DNA of 64,000 nt from Eledone cirrhosa. Taxonomy: Eukaryota. How positions within the stretch are numbered: position 1 is the first letter of the stretch; each line of letters opens with the position of its first letter. Made by a program: the position numbers and the translations under genes. Positions 36,553 through 46,482 of this stretch are shown here, piece after piece. Where the stretch lies: assembly GCA_964016885.1 (NCBI GenBank), contig OZ024750.1, forward strand, positions 13,702,001 through 13,766,000. Direction: 5' to 3'. The notes under the pieces were generated by a model. That model made no database searches. It was not told the origin of the DNA and saw nothing but the letters and a program-made list of their open reading frames with translations.

Positions 36553-38427
36553 CATTATAACTTCCACCTTCTTCCAATGACACATTAACAAAGAAATGAA
36601 GAATTACATACTTTTTTAGGGTGAATAGAAGAGTTAAAGTTGTAGGAGTACAAGTGAAATTCTTGCCTCCTTCCAAAACAATATCCAAAGAAAAGAAGGC
36701 CATATTTGCTGTCACTGATTTTTCAATATTATCTGAATCAAAAAGAAAAATGTATTATTAAACATAATTTCTCAATATTTTGTGATAATCTATCATACCA
36801 ATTAACATTGATCTATCAACTTTTATTGAAGGCACCTGGCTTTGTGGTTAGAGTATTTGGCTCACAATTGTAAGTTTGTGAGTTCGATTTCTGGTGGCAC
36901 GTTGTGTCCTTGAGCAAGACACTTTATTTCACGTTGCTCCAGTCCAATCAGCTGGCAAAAATGAGTTGTGCCTGTAATTCAAAGTGTCAGTCTTGTATCA
37001 TTCTGTGTCACACCGAATCTCCCTGAGAACTATGGTAAGGGATTGTGTTGAAAAATAAACCTCATTTGGTCATTCCATGAGAGTATCATGGTCAGCCTAT
37101 GACCGTTTCAGCCAATGCTTGTATATAGCTAACATTCTCAATATTATGTCTATGTTTGGAACATAAAGGTTCTTACTCAAAATTATGATGGAAGGTTTTT
37201 AGATAAATATAAACAGTTTAAAGTAAAGTTTTGTAACACGAAACCAAGGACAGTTTGGTACTGAAAAGGTTAAAAATACTTACTGTTATGATTATGAGTG
37301 ATGGGAACACAGTAGAGCTTCATAGCTGAATAATTGTTTTGGAAATTTCGTGACATCTCACGGCTAGTTCGCACAGGTAAAGCACGTTCACCTATTAAAA
37401 AAACATAAAAAAAGCAAACAACATTATAGGTACATGTGTTTGTGGAATGCTCAGTCACTTACACATTAATTCCAGAAACAGGCTGTCCTATTTATCAAAC
37501 TGGAACATTTATTGTTGAAACTGTTGGAGGATGACCATTGACAAATCAGACTGAAATATGGCTGCATCATTATCACCATCATCATTGTTTAACATCTATT
37601 TTCCATGCTAGCATGGGTTAGACGAGTTGTCCTGTTGTGTGACAAGTCAAATCAGGTGACTGTGGCTTGCTTCACACAGAGCTGTTTCTAGCTTGGTTTA
37701 CAGTGTGGACTAGATGCTTTTCATTGTAACACGAAAACAACTAACTGATAGGTTGGACTGGGTACTTTTTCATTGTCACCAACATGACCATTTTACAGGG
37801 TGGACTGGGTACTTTTTCATTGTCACCAACATGACCATTTTACAGGGTGGACTGGGTACTTTTTCATTGTCACCAACATGACCATTTTACAGGTTGGACT
37901 AGGTACTTTTTCATTGTCACCAACATGACCACTTTACAGGGTGGACTGGGTGCTTTTCAACCAGAACTGACAGTGGATATTTAACAATAACAAAAACAAC
38001 CCAAGTAAAACACAACTAAATATTCCTTTAAAGAAATTCCATAATGACTATAATGAACTAAAGAACACTAAAATACACTCATACATAGACGTATGCCCAT
38101 AATCATGGAAACACTAATACTTTTAGCATTGCAATAATTAGCCACAAAATCTTAAACTGAAGAAAAGAAGTAAAAGAATAGCTTACCTTTGATACCATCC
38201 GATTTTTCTCCAGTCATTTGGTAAAGGTAGTTAAGAATCACTTCTCTTGGTTCTTCATCTCGCTTCAGAGAGAACATGGGTAGAGAACGGATGGGTTTAC
38301 CCCATTCAGCATGCAGAGCAGCTTTGCTCTCAACCAACAAAATAGAATAATTGCTGGGATGGAACTCTTGAGAAGAGAAGCTGCTGACACTTTTCTTGGG
38401 CTTAATTACAGCCACAACCACCTCCAT
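25850..38427 (-). CDS. KRIT1: KRIT1/CCM1 (Krev interaction trapped protein 1), spliced CDS of 16 exons, ~729 aa
   Basis: All 16 exons have GT-AG boundaries with matching phases and sum to 2190 nt. The translation follows human KRIT1 along its length: VAVIKPK, KMLAIEKCD..NPLFGS, ankyrin PIHYAA/TPLHIAA, FERM MDG..G.NTTV, IWICS..LQLK..HKP, YGSAFF.G, GVN..GIHLIN, HTKQAG..KL. Confidence 0.95.
26466..26537 (-). CDS. KRIT1: KRIT1 coding exon 15 (FERM F3)
   Basis: ANRLNPYHIGVNGFGIHLINFHTK; CAG acceptor, GTAAGT donor; 72 nt. Confidence 0.92.
27297..27380 (-). CDS. KRIT1: KRIT1 coding exon 14
   Basis: SLKLQFLKKCHTLQIYGSAFFFGTLQER; CAG acceptor, GTATGT donor; 84 nt. Confidence 0.92.
27575..27689 (-). 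CDS. KRIT1: KRIT1 coding exon 13
   Basis: TKNLARFLPSLKQKVKGTTSYVLVQYRRLLEDETHTLL; CAG acceptor, weaker GTCTGT donor; 115 nt, phase 2-0. Confidence 0.82.
28038..28228. repeat. ~33-40-bp tandem repeat, KRIT1 intron 12
   Basis: Recurrent CCTTCACATGACACAATACCTG.GACATATGAAATAA. Confidence 0.8.
28295..28458 (-). CDS. KRIT1: KRIT1 coding exon 12 (FERM F2)
   Basis: LTHHEVGINLLFQEAYHNYINGLYPFNDQTNYFLAACLMYILGGKQDSNSVKSY; CAG acceptor, GTCAGT donor; 164 nt, phase 0-2. Confidence 0.9.
28538..28735. mobile_element. piggyBac-like MITE in a KRIT1 intron
   Basis: TTAACCCTTTAGCATTTA ... TAAATACTAAAGGGTTAA. Confidence 0.83.
28800..29672 (+). mobile_element. RTE-clade LINE 3' fragment in KRIT1 intron 11
   Basis: Reverse-complement homology to 20745-21362 (AGCTTCAGCTACCTAGGTGATC; GTGATGCTCCATGGTAGTGAAACATG); frameshifted. 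Confidence 0.85.
29782..29942 (-). CDS. KRIT1: KRIT1 coding exon 11
   Basis: LQLKLEHKPVHQLHSWKGVVKQLTEKDPEQEKPILQWRRNAKVNLQEEQQLLS; 161 nt, phase 1-0; an alternative acceptor lies 30 nt upstream. Confidence 0.9.
30690..30753 (-). CDS. KRIT1: KRIT1 coding exon 10
   Basis: ELDMSESYGNIFSIWICSQSL (human FTIWICSENL); TAG acceptor, GTACGT donor; 64 nt, phase 0-1. Confidence 0.9.
30844..31192. mobile_element. TA-flanked MITE (Tc1/mariner superfamily) in KRIT1 intron 9
   Basis: TACTCTTGGGTCCCAAATAAT ... ATTATTTGAGACCTGAGAATA imperfect inverted termini. Confidence 0.62.
31316..31720 (+). mobile_element. CR1/L2-like LINE 3' end with (TTA)n tail
   Basis: HGYAYKVRKQHSSHDFQKHFFTLRVAEAWNKLPASVV..ASFK; the tail recurs inverted at ~47265-47410. 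Confidence 0.8.
31746..31850 (-). CDS. KRIT1: KRIT1 coding exon 9 (FERM F1 start)
   Basis: SRKIEIHLMDGKQKTLNLTTGDNTTVSHFREQMLR; TAG acceptor, GTGAGT donor; 105 nt. Confidence 0.92.
32016..32123 (-). CDS. KRIT1: KRIT1 coding exon 8
   Basis: KARDKNNRTPYDLCCKATKPEMKRAAALLKAAMNRP; CAG acceptor, GTAAGT donor; 108 nt. Confidence 0.92.
32305..32545. repeat. Degenerate ~50-bp tandem repeat, ~5 copies, KRIT1 intron 7
   Basis: Recurrent CTTAGGGGCTCTGAGATTG..GGAAAG..CCCATGA. Confidence 0.75.
32610..32763 (-). CDS. KRIT1: KRIT1 coding exon 7 (ankyrin repeats)
   Basis: KGHVDAVVTLLSAGCSPNITNMDQQTPLHIAAMRGMPGVVDVLLENLNIDV; GTAAGT donor; 154 nt, phase 2-0. Confidence 0.93.
33401..33538 (-). CDS. KRIT1: KRIT1 coding exon 6 (ankyrin repeats)
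   Basis: NQLWARNNPIHKCAYDGDVSGIMRLSKFPHSMKDDKMFAPIHYAA; AAG acceptor, GTAAGT donor; 138 nt, phase 2-2. Confidence 0.9.
33801..33901 (-). CDS. KRIT1: KRIT1 coding exon 5
   Basis: TNRVVTNIYWGVVIPNYKEIIAHHQSAMESTLG; aligns to human [20 protein letters not shown]; CAG acceptor, GTGAGT donor; 101 nt, phase 0-2. Confidence 0.85.
34632..35196 (-). mobile_element. Head-to-tail trimer of SINE family A in KRIT1 intron 4
   Basis: Three ~195-bp copies starting ~34632, ~34826 and ~35026. Confidence 0.9.
35241..35484 (-). CDS. KRIT1: KRIT1 coding exon 4 (NPVF and NPLF motifs)
   Basis: WLAEKH...FRIRAEYRISVCINNPVF...KMLAIEKCDTVVMNPLFGSGFPYKAK; 244 nt, phase 2-0. Confidence 0.93.
35828..36157 (-). mobile_element. 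SINE family B in KRIT1 intron 3
   Basis: Near-identical to 977-1312; flanked by TA-rich sequence. Confidence 0.86.
36612..36732 (-). CDS. KRIT1: KRIT1 coding exon 3
   Basis: NIEKSVTANMAFFSLDIVLEGGKNFTCTPTTLTLLFTLK; CAG acceptor, GTATGT donor; 121 nt, phase 1-2. Confidence 0.85.
36829..37045 (+). mobile_element. SINE family B-related in KRIT1 intron 2
   Basis: TGGCTTTGTGG A box, GAGTTCGATTTC B box, CCTTGAGCAAGACACTTTATTTCAC core. Confidence 0.78.
37284..37391 (-). CDS. KRIT1: KRIT1 coding exon 2
   Basis: (G)ERALPVRTSREMSRNFQNNYSAMKLYCVPITHNHN; TAG acceptor, GTAAGT donor; 108 nt, phase 1-1. Confidence 0.85.
37751..37960. repeat. 47-bp tandem repeat, ~4.5 copies, amplified from SINE tail sequence
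   Basis: Unit GG(G/T)TGGACTGGGTACTTTTTCATTGTCACCAACATGACCATTTTACA. Confidence 0.9.
38187..38427 (-). CDS. KRIT1: KRIT1 coding exon 1 (Nudix-like N-terminus; exon begins at acceptor 38459)
   Basis: MEVVVAVIKPKKSVSSFSSQEFHPSNYSILL...DGIK; polypyrimidine+CAG acceptor at 38460-38461; donor GTAAG; phase 1. The start codon is inferred, since the frame is open back to the acceptor. Confidence 0.88.
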
Positions 38428-38516
38428 TGGAACAGTAGCTTCATTTACATAGGAAATAGCTGGAAAACAGAGGGGAAAAGAAAACATTTTTTTATTATTT
38501 TATATTTTGGAATTTG

Positions 38517-38692
38517 AACCTAGAAAGTTCCCCTTCAAGGGGTTGTTTGTGGAAGACCAGCAGTCACCGATGCATACTAGTCTCCCCTCTCCACAGCACC
38601 GATGTTATCCAAGGGAAAGGCTATGGCCGATACATCTTGCACCAGTAACATTGCAACTCAGTTCTACAGTTGAGTGAACTGGAGCAACGTTC
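38517..38692 (-). mobile_element. SINE fragment (same subfamily as 13447-13768)
   Basis: Shares CCTAGAAAGTTCCCC...GTGGAAGACCAGCAGTCACC...GAGTGAACTGGAGCAA. Confidence 0.72.
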
Positions 38693-39199
38693 CAGTATCA
38701 TACAGTTGTCCTTTTGTACATAAGGAGAAAAACCTTTTGTGGTCAATGGTGAAAGCACCTCACTCCTATGTTCACCTTACTACCAGAAATAGATGTTAGA
38801 TATCCTGGGAATGTTTACCTATGACAGATGTCCCAATCCAAGGAGAGATTTTTTTTTTCATTGGTTTAATGATAAGTTAACCTCTAGGATGTCCTTAACT
38901 GTGATGAACTGAAGAACACACATTCTTCACTGTTTAGTCAAGGAGCAAAAAAATCCCCAAACTTTGCTCAAATGCTTGCTAAAAGCACCCAAAGGCCAAA
39001 GTGGTAGTGTTAAACAAGGCAATGGATTATGTCTACTTCTTGTCTGATGACTCTGTGATAAGCAGGCGAAACTCCAGAGTAAAAAGACTCACTATGTAGC
39101 CTTAATAAAATGAATATGTATATATATATATATAAATATGTGTATGTGTGTGTGAGTGTGTACATATATATATATATATATATAAATAAATATATATAT

Positions 39200-39941
39200 G
39201 AAGCATGCATGCTCCGTTGGATGTGTAATAGTAATATACGCGAACGGCAAAACATAAAGGAAATAAGTGATAGGAATAAGAGGGATTAGATGATGTTTAC
39301 TTGAGAGAAGACTACGTTGGTATGGTCACATGATGCGCATGAAAGACGACAGCTGTATAAAAAAGTACAGGGCGATCAAAATTGATGGAAGTTACGGAGT
39401 AGGTTGACCCAGAAAAACCTGGGACGATTTGATAAATTCCAACCTTACACACTTGCACCTCTCTGAGACAATGTCACTGGGCCGAGATCTTTGGTGCAAC
39501 ACAGTAATACAGAAGACCCGCCTTGCCTATATACAAAGAAAACCCTACAGTCAGTAGGCACCTCTTAACTAAATATACACCCCAACCCCCTATCCCTACT
39601 CTATCCTCCCACTCCCACCAACACCACCCTTTCTCTGTAAAGTTATGTTGGTTCCACAACATCCAGTCCAAACTAATGAGGTCGTGTAGGTGTCACGACA
39701 AAAGAAAAACACACAGTCCATGGTGTAATGTGGTCATGTAGGTAACACTGTAAAAAGCTCCCAGTCCACACTGTAAATGTGGTTGGAGTTAGGAAGGGCA
39801 TCCAGCCGTAGAAACCTGCCAGACAGTCCTATACGAGCAAGACAGTCACCCGACCAATCTTGCCTCAAGTGGGACAATTCCCGTATAACCCATGCTAGCG
39901 TGGAAGATAGACATTAAACGATGATGATGATGATGATGATG
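39200..39941 (+). mobile_element. RTE 3' end fused to a long SINE-like tail
   Basis: GAGAGAAGACTACGTTGGTATGGTCAC (ERRLRWYGH), then ~520 bp shared with 5545-6080. Confidence 0.78.
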
Positions 39942-40129
39942 ATATATATATAAATATATATATAAATATATACACACACACATATATATATATATATACA
40001 TATATATAAATCTATACACTACATTCATATATCATTATCATCATCACTGTTTAACATCCATTTTTCCATGCTATCATGGGTTAAACAAGTTATTCTGATG
40101 TGAGACAAGCTACATCAGATGACATACAT

Positions 40130-40944
40130 ATGAAAGACTACTAAATGAAGAGAATGTGTGGGAAGAAGATAGTTTGCTCTAAGTAAACCCAACAGAGGGA
40201 CCAGCTGTACAAGTGAGCAGTAGTATAATAAGGCAATCAAGGATATGAAGACAGACAAAGCGACTGAACCATCAGAAACAGTTGCTGAGATGCTGAAAGC
40301 ATCTGGGATGGTGGGTCACACTTTAACCACCCATACTGTAAACCAAGTAATACAAAATGGAGTGATACCCAATGACTGGTGTAGCAGCAACATCATCAAC
40401 TGCTACAAGGGCAAAGGAGATGCTCTAGACCAGTGTTGTGCAATATATTCTATTGGTGGGCCACTTTTGAACATTGGAACAACTATTAGGGCCATTAATA
40501 TTTATTAAGCACTATTCCAAAGATTCACCTCAACTTCTTTCCATTACATGGAACTGGGAAATTATAACACAGATAACCCTATCAGTGAAGCCCTTTAGTA
40601 TAGGTCAACTAACAGAAAATTGTATTACGGTTACGAAAAAAATTCTAAATAAGCCTACAAAGTAAAAATTTAAAACGGTCATCACGGGCCTCTCTGACTG
40701 GTCTGGTGGGTCGGATTGTGGCTCACAGGGCCACTTGTTGCACGCCCCTGGGATAGACAGAGAAAATGATAGAAGCATCAACTTGATGGACCAAGTCATG
40801 AAGGTCACAGAAAGAGTTATAGCCCAGATGATTAAGGACCGAGTTAACCTAGATGAGATACAGTTTGGATTTGTGCCAGGTAAAAGTATCACTAATCTCC
40901 TCTTCCTTGTGAGGCAAATGCAAGAGAAGTACTTTTTTGTGTAA
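40130..40944 (+). mobile_element. RTE reverse-transcriptase fragment interrupted by a hAT-like MITE
   Basis: AEMLKASG...IPNDWCSSNIINCYKGKGDALD | RENDRSINLMDQVMKVTERVIAQMIKDRVNLDEIQFGFVPGKSITNLLFLVRQMQEKY. Confidence 0.88.
40431..40750. mobile_element. hAT-like MITE
   Basis: CAGTGTTGTGCAA ... TTGCACGCCCCTG termini; degenerate 8-bp TSD CTCTAGAC/GGATAGAC; splits the RT reading frame. Confidence 0.72.
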
Positions 40945-41857
40945 CACAATACACAAAAACAAGATGGTGTTGGATAGAACAAAAGAGAGAGACAAAATTT
41001 TTCTCTGGGGAAGTCACAGAATGTGTGACAAAAGAGCTTTCATAATAAATGAACAACCATCCGGTTTTTCAACCAACCAACTGGAATCGTTTAATAAATT
41101 GAAGTGAAAACCAACAGGTGTGTTTGTTTTTATTGGCAGCATGACCCTCCCAAAGTATAACAATATATAAATATACATATAATTTATAGCTATTCATACA
41201 TACGTATGTATGTACATGTATTATATATGCGTCATCATTATCACCGTTTTACGTCCATTCTTCCACGCTAGCATGGTTTTAGACGGGTTGTCCTGTTGTG
41301 GGCCATGCCAGGTCAGGTGACCTTGTCTTGCTCATATGGTAACTGATTATATATATATATATATATACACAAATACACACACACACACACACATATATAT
41401 GTATACAAACATATACATGTTTACATACAAACAAATCTCACACAATGTGGTTGTCAAATGACCTTAAGTTTTATTATAAAGATGTATATATGTGTTTGTG
41501 TATTTATATATATATGCATATATATATTAACGAGGTTTAATTTGTCACCTTCAACGACATTCCCGAGACACAAAACGTATATTGTCAACAATAGCGAGAT
41601 AGACATGCCTGAGGTCTCACCAAAAAATTCCACTCTCACACAGGAAGAGATTACACACAGGTTCTGTTGTCAATTTAATCTCACAACATACATACATACA
41701 TACACACACATACATATATACATACATACACACACATACAAATACATATATACAAACAACAGTGACACACCAAGATAGCACATTTCTATACACATGTATA
41801 AACAACGCACACACGCACGCAATACATAAATGCAGGTAAGAGAAAATTTAAGGAAGA

Positions 41858-41941
<84 letters not shown>

Positions 41942-42029
41942 GTGTGTGTGCGTGTAAAAAGGTAAACAGAAATAGCAAATCAAACGTAAAGAATATATTA
42001 GTTTAACGCTTGAAAAAGCAGGAAGAGGG

Positions 42030-42065
42030 TCTTGATGTTTCGGACGCTAGTCCTTCATCAGAAGA
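42030..42065 (-). ncRNA. Minimal type-I hammerhead ribozyme-like motif in a Penelope-like repeat
   Basis: TCTT-CTGATGA-A-GGAC-TAGC-GTCC-GAAA-CATC-AAGA: catalytic core, stem II and stem I present; stem III minimal and mutated. Confidence 0.6.
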
Positions 42066-42139
42066 AAGAATGAGAAATTAAGGAAGAAATAGAAAGATTG
42101 AGGGGCAAGGCGGAGTCGGAAATATACACACACACACAC

Positions 42140-42213
<74 letters not shown>

Positions 42214-42567
42214 ATGAAAGCTGTCAAATAACCTTTGGTTTTACCTTTACATTTGTCCAGTTTTTAAAGGTATACTCATGATTGTTGTTATAATTATTTG
42301 GGTTCTTTTTGAATATCTGCGACGATGAAGACATATCTCTGCTAGACACAACTTTGGTTTAATGGAACTATTCTGGAAGAGAAGGATCATAGTGATAAAT
42401 CAACATTTCATACTTTCAAAAGAGATTCTTTTAGTGTACGTGGTTATGTGAGTATGAGAAAGTGTCCGTCCACATGACTAAATTACGAACGTAATATAGA
42501 AGTACCGAAGTCTAAAATATAACTTTTGACATTATAAATAGTAAAGGTAACAAGTGGCACACACACT

Positions 42568-42622
<55 letters not shown>

Positions 42623-44955
42623 GGCAAGTTCATACACTTTATATATAAATACATTAGCACATTTCACTATATATACAAGTATTTTCACACACGTCAATGT
42701 ATTGGCATATATAAATAAATATATATATATATATATATAGATCTTATATACACACGCACACACACACTATTGTGTGGTGTTTAAAGTTTGAATACTTTTT
42801 GACAGTATCCTTTAAACTTTCTTGGGACACCCCTAACCGAACCTAAATTCGTAAAGACATTACTTAAATAGTAAATAAAGTTTTTAAACAACAAGTGCTT
42901 TTTTTTAAAAATAACTATTATTAGCAATTACACAAAAAAGTATATCTCTCTCGAATGAAAACTAAAAACTTAATGAATAAATAAGATACTTACATATGAA
43001 AGACATTGAACGATAACAACAAACCATTATCTAGTATCGATCAACAATTACACACCAAATATATAAATTTATAAATTAGTCCAGCAGGTGAGAGTGGCAA
43101 CAACTTCAACAGTTTTACTTTTCTTATGAGATGTGACAGGCAAAACTTTTTTTCGTAAACATGTTTTTTCGAAGCCGTCTTTTCGTACACGTTACTTATT
43201 CTAACAATAACAATGACATAATAAATTAGTTGTATAGTTAATACGAAGCATTCTGAGATATGTAATAAATGACTGATAAGTTTCAAAAAGCAATGTGGTA
43301 TCAACAATAACAACATAACAAATTTCATTAACAATCATTGCTATTTATCAGTGCATCACATTTTAATTTTTTTATATTCATGTTTGTTGTTGTTTAGCCC
43401 CAGGCAATCCTGACTGAACGGATCTATGATCAAATATTTTCCACCATTCAGCATTCAGTTTTTTTGTATTCTTGGTTAAAGATATCTAACGTGTCTTTTC
43501 CCCCTTTATACGCTGATAAAGCCATATACCTTCTACAGTTCTCCATATTAGCACGAACCAACCAATCAACCAAAATAACAAAGACTATGCCTATTCCTAA
43601 ATTGTTTACGTCAAACAGTCTTCATAGCAAAATACAGACGATCTGGTCAAATGATTTGTTTCTAATGCTGAAAACCAATCAAATTTTACTCAGCGTGTTG
43701 TTTTTTCCCCTGAAATTAGCTATTGCTGTATCAATAACTGTAATCATTAATCTATTTGAAGCTTTGTTTGTAGATAATATCTCTTGTAGCCATTTTGAAC
43801 TTCTTAGATAAATGCTAGTTGAGTTCTTTAATCCGTGTTGATTCACACTTTGCATCTGTGTTACTGGAAATGGTTAGGGTGATACACTTTTCAAAAGATT
43901 CTCAGCTTGCAATATAAAGTAACATGGATTGTGTTAGAATCTCCAGAAAGCATGATTGAGATGTTGAGTCACAGCTAAGTTGCAGCTTTCTTGAAATGAT
44001 ATGATTCAGATGATACTATTGACCTCACTAGGGCGTATTCATATGACATTTGATCACAACTGACTGATCAACCAAGCATGAACATACATAATAAAAGATG
44101 TGATATGCACAAGATTTAAACACACACCCACCCCCAATAATCATTACCTCCTGTTATTCAACTCCATACATACTTAGTGCATGATGAACTAACTGCAATC
44201 TAGTACAAAAGTGTTAAAAAACACTAGTGTTATCCTGCTGTGAAATCTGACAAAATATGTCTTCATGTTCTTAATAGACATTATACTTCATCTCAGTAGA
44301 AGAGAATGAGGTCAGAGAATATATTGTGATTAAACCAACCATGAAGTACATTGTAAATAGTGCTTACCACAGAGAAACAGAAATAGGTAGTTAACCATTG
44401 TAAAGCAGCATGGCTGCAAATTGTATTCTCCAAAGATTCTAAAACTGACAGTCACATATGTAACTGTTTCTGGTGTGTCCAGTCTCAGTAAGACCAGTAA
44501 TATTAATACTTGGAGATGAAAGAAAATCAGAGAAGAAGAAAGTGCCAATGGTGTGAATTTATTTAAGGTGGACCTTAACTTGCCAGGAAGTGACCCACAT
44601 ACATGATTTCATGACCTCCCTCTGCAGAAAATATGGAATGATCCCTCAAATCAGGATCATATTAAGTCCTTTTGAGGCCCTTAGCACTTAAAAGATCATG
44701 GTGCCTTACCCACATTCTGCCCTTCATATATAAGGTCTGCAAAAAAAATTCTTTTTAGAATGACAAATACATTTAATTTGAATAAAATGCTGCCCCTTTT
44801 CCATTGATGTCCTGAACATGTATTTACTTTGTTTAATCGTTGATTTAACCCTGCCTAGAGTTTAAAAGTACACACAGTATGTATTATACCCATTGATATA
44901 CTTGTAGGTATGTGAACTTTACCAGCTGAGTTTAACATACAATTTATTTATTGTT

Positions 44956-45131
44956 CAGATTTATATTGTATATCCAACAATAGGTTCAACTCATCTGCCT
45001 TAAATCAGATTTATATTATATATCCAACAATAGGTTCAACTCATCTGCCTTAAATCAGATTTATATTATATATCCAACAATAGGTTCAACTCATCTGCCT
45101 TAAATCAGATTTATATTATATATCCAACAAT
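44956..45131. repeat. 50-bp tandem repeat, 3.5 copies
   Basis: Unit CAGATTTATATTATATATCCAACAATAGGTTCAACTCATCTGCCTTAAAT. Confidence 0.92.
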
Positions 45132-45273
45132 CTTTAGCTTGTTCTTTACTAATCATTGTATGTCTTCTGACTTTACAGAAATACATTTCTGGCATCTGTG
45201 GTGTGTGATTTATCTTCTGTGTGGAACAACTATCCACAAGAGGTAGAGCAATTTAACAATAATCCTACGTGCT

Positions 45274-45392
45274 ACAAAGGTAGGCTGAAAAGTTCATAGG
45301 ATGACTATGAAGGAGTGATGCTAGAGCTGTGAAATCTTGCATGCATTAATTTCAACTCTTCTTATTAATAACTGCATTGTTTCTTTCCAGGG
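45274..45392 (+). mobile_element. Mariner-type left terminus fragment
   Basis: TACAAAGGGTAGGCTGAAAAGTTCATAGG resembles mariner TIRs; no partner TIR found. Confidence 0.5.
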
Positions 45393-46434
45393 ATGGAAGT
45401 TTTAGATAGTTTGGTATCAAAAAGGTTTGATGATTTTGATCATATGTCTGCTTAATCAACATTGACCTGGAGTGTTAACCTTGTTGACTTATTCACCTAC
45501 TTTCCACACACACACACATATATACACACAAACATAAATATGGCTTACACTAAAAGAATCACACATGGCTTGTAAAAGAAATGCAGCAATTATTAGGGCA
45601 GAAGCTTTTTGGGCGGATACTCTTCTTAGCCATTCAACTATGAAAAAAAAAAAAAATTATATCCCCTACATATGATAGTGCTCAGCCTTTTGATATTTCA
45701 TAGGAACTCTGCGTACAAAATAAAATGAAAACTATATTTTAAAGAAAAAAAACCTGCTTTAGGTGAACCATTCATTCTCCCCTGCTACTGTATTTGTGAA
45801 CATATCAATGGAAAAATACATGATAAATGTTCATAGTTGTAGTTATTTGAGAGCAAGTTGTTTTTGATCAATCTTAATTTCATGAAATAAGTGTGGTTCT
45901 CATTTTCGGTGAGAAATGTAAAGCCAGTTATAATAAAATATATACATCCTATTTAGTAATTCATTACTTATAAAATATACATGTATACGCACAGACACAT
46001 ACTCACCCACCCATATATATATATTGTTTTTGATATGACCATCTGCTATTAATATAACACTAAATTAATAGGCTGTCCCCAAATCGAATTGGACCTCTAT
46101 TTTTTATTTTATTTTTTCTAACTTCTATCTTCTCTTCTCTGTATGGGTTCAACATAATCCTGTTATATCATTCTGCAAATAACACCTGATGAAATCGTCT
46201 AGTCTTGCATCATAATCAGATAGGCCTGGGCCATCAAAATATGTATAGTGCTTTCGTGGAATTAAAATTCTAAAGTAAATTTTCCAGTCCTGTCTTCTCT
46301 TGTTTATGTATATTTTTTTTCATAAAGGTTATACTAGTTTCATATTTTTTTTCATATTTTTCATATATATATCATCATCATCATCATCATTTTACGTCCA
46401 CTTTTCCCTGCTTGCAAGGGTGGGACGGGTCTTA

Positions 46435-46482
<48 letters not shown>

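Noticed and set aside
46183-46250. Third hammerhead candidate (CAC-CTGATGA...AAAATATGTATAGTG)
   Set aside because: Lacks the GAAA core and a clear stem II; too degenerate to support.
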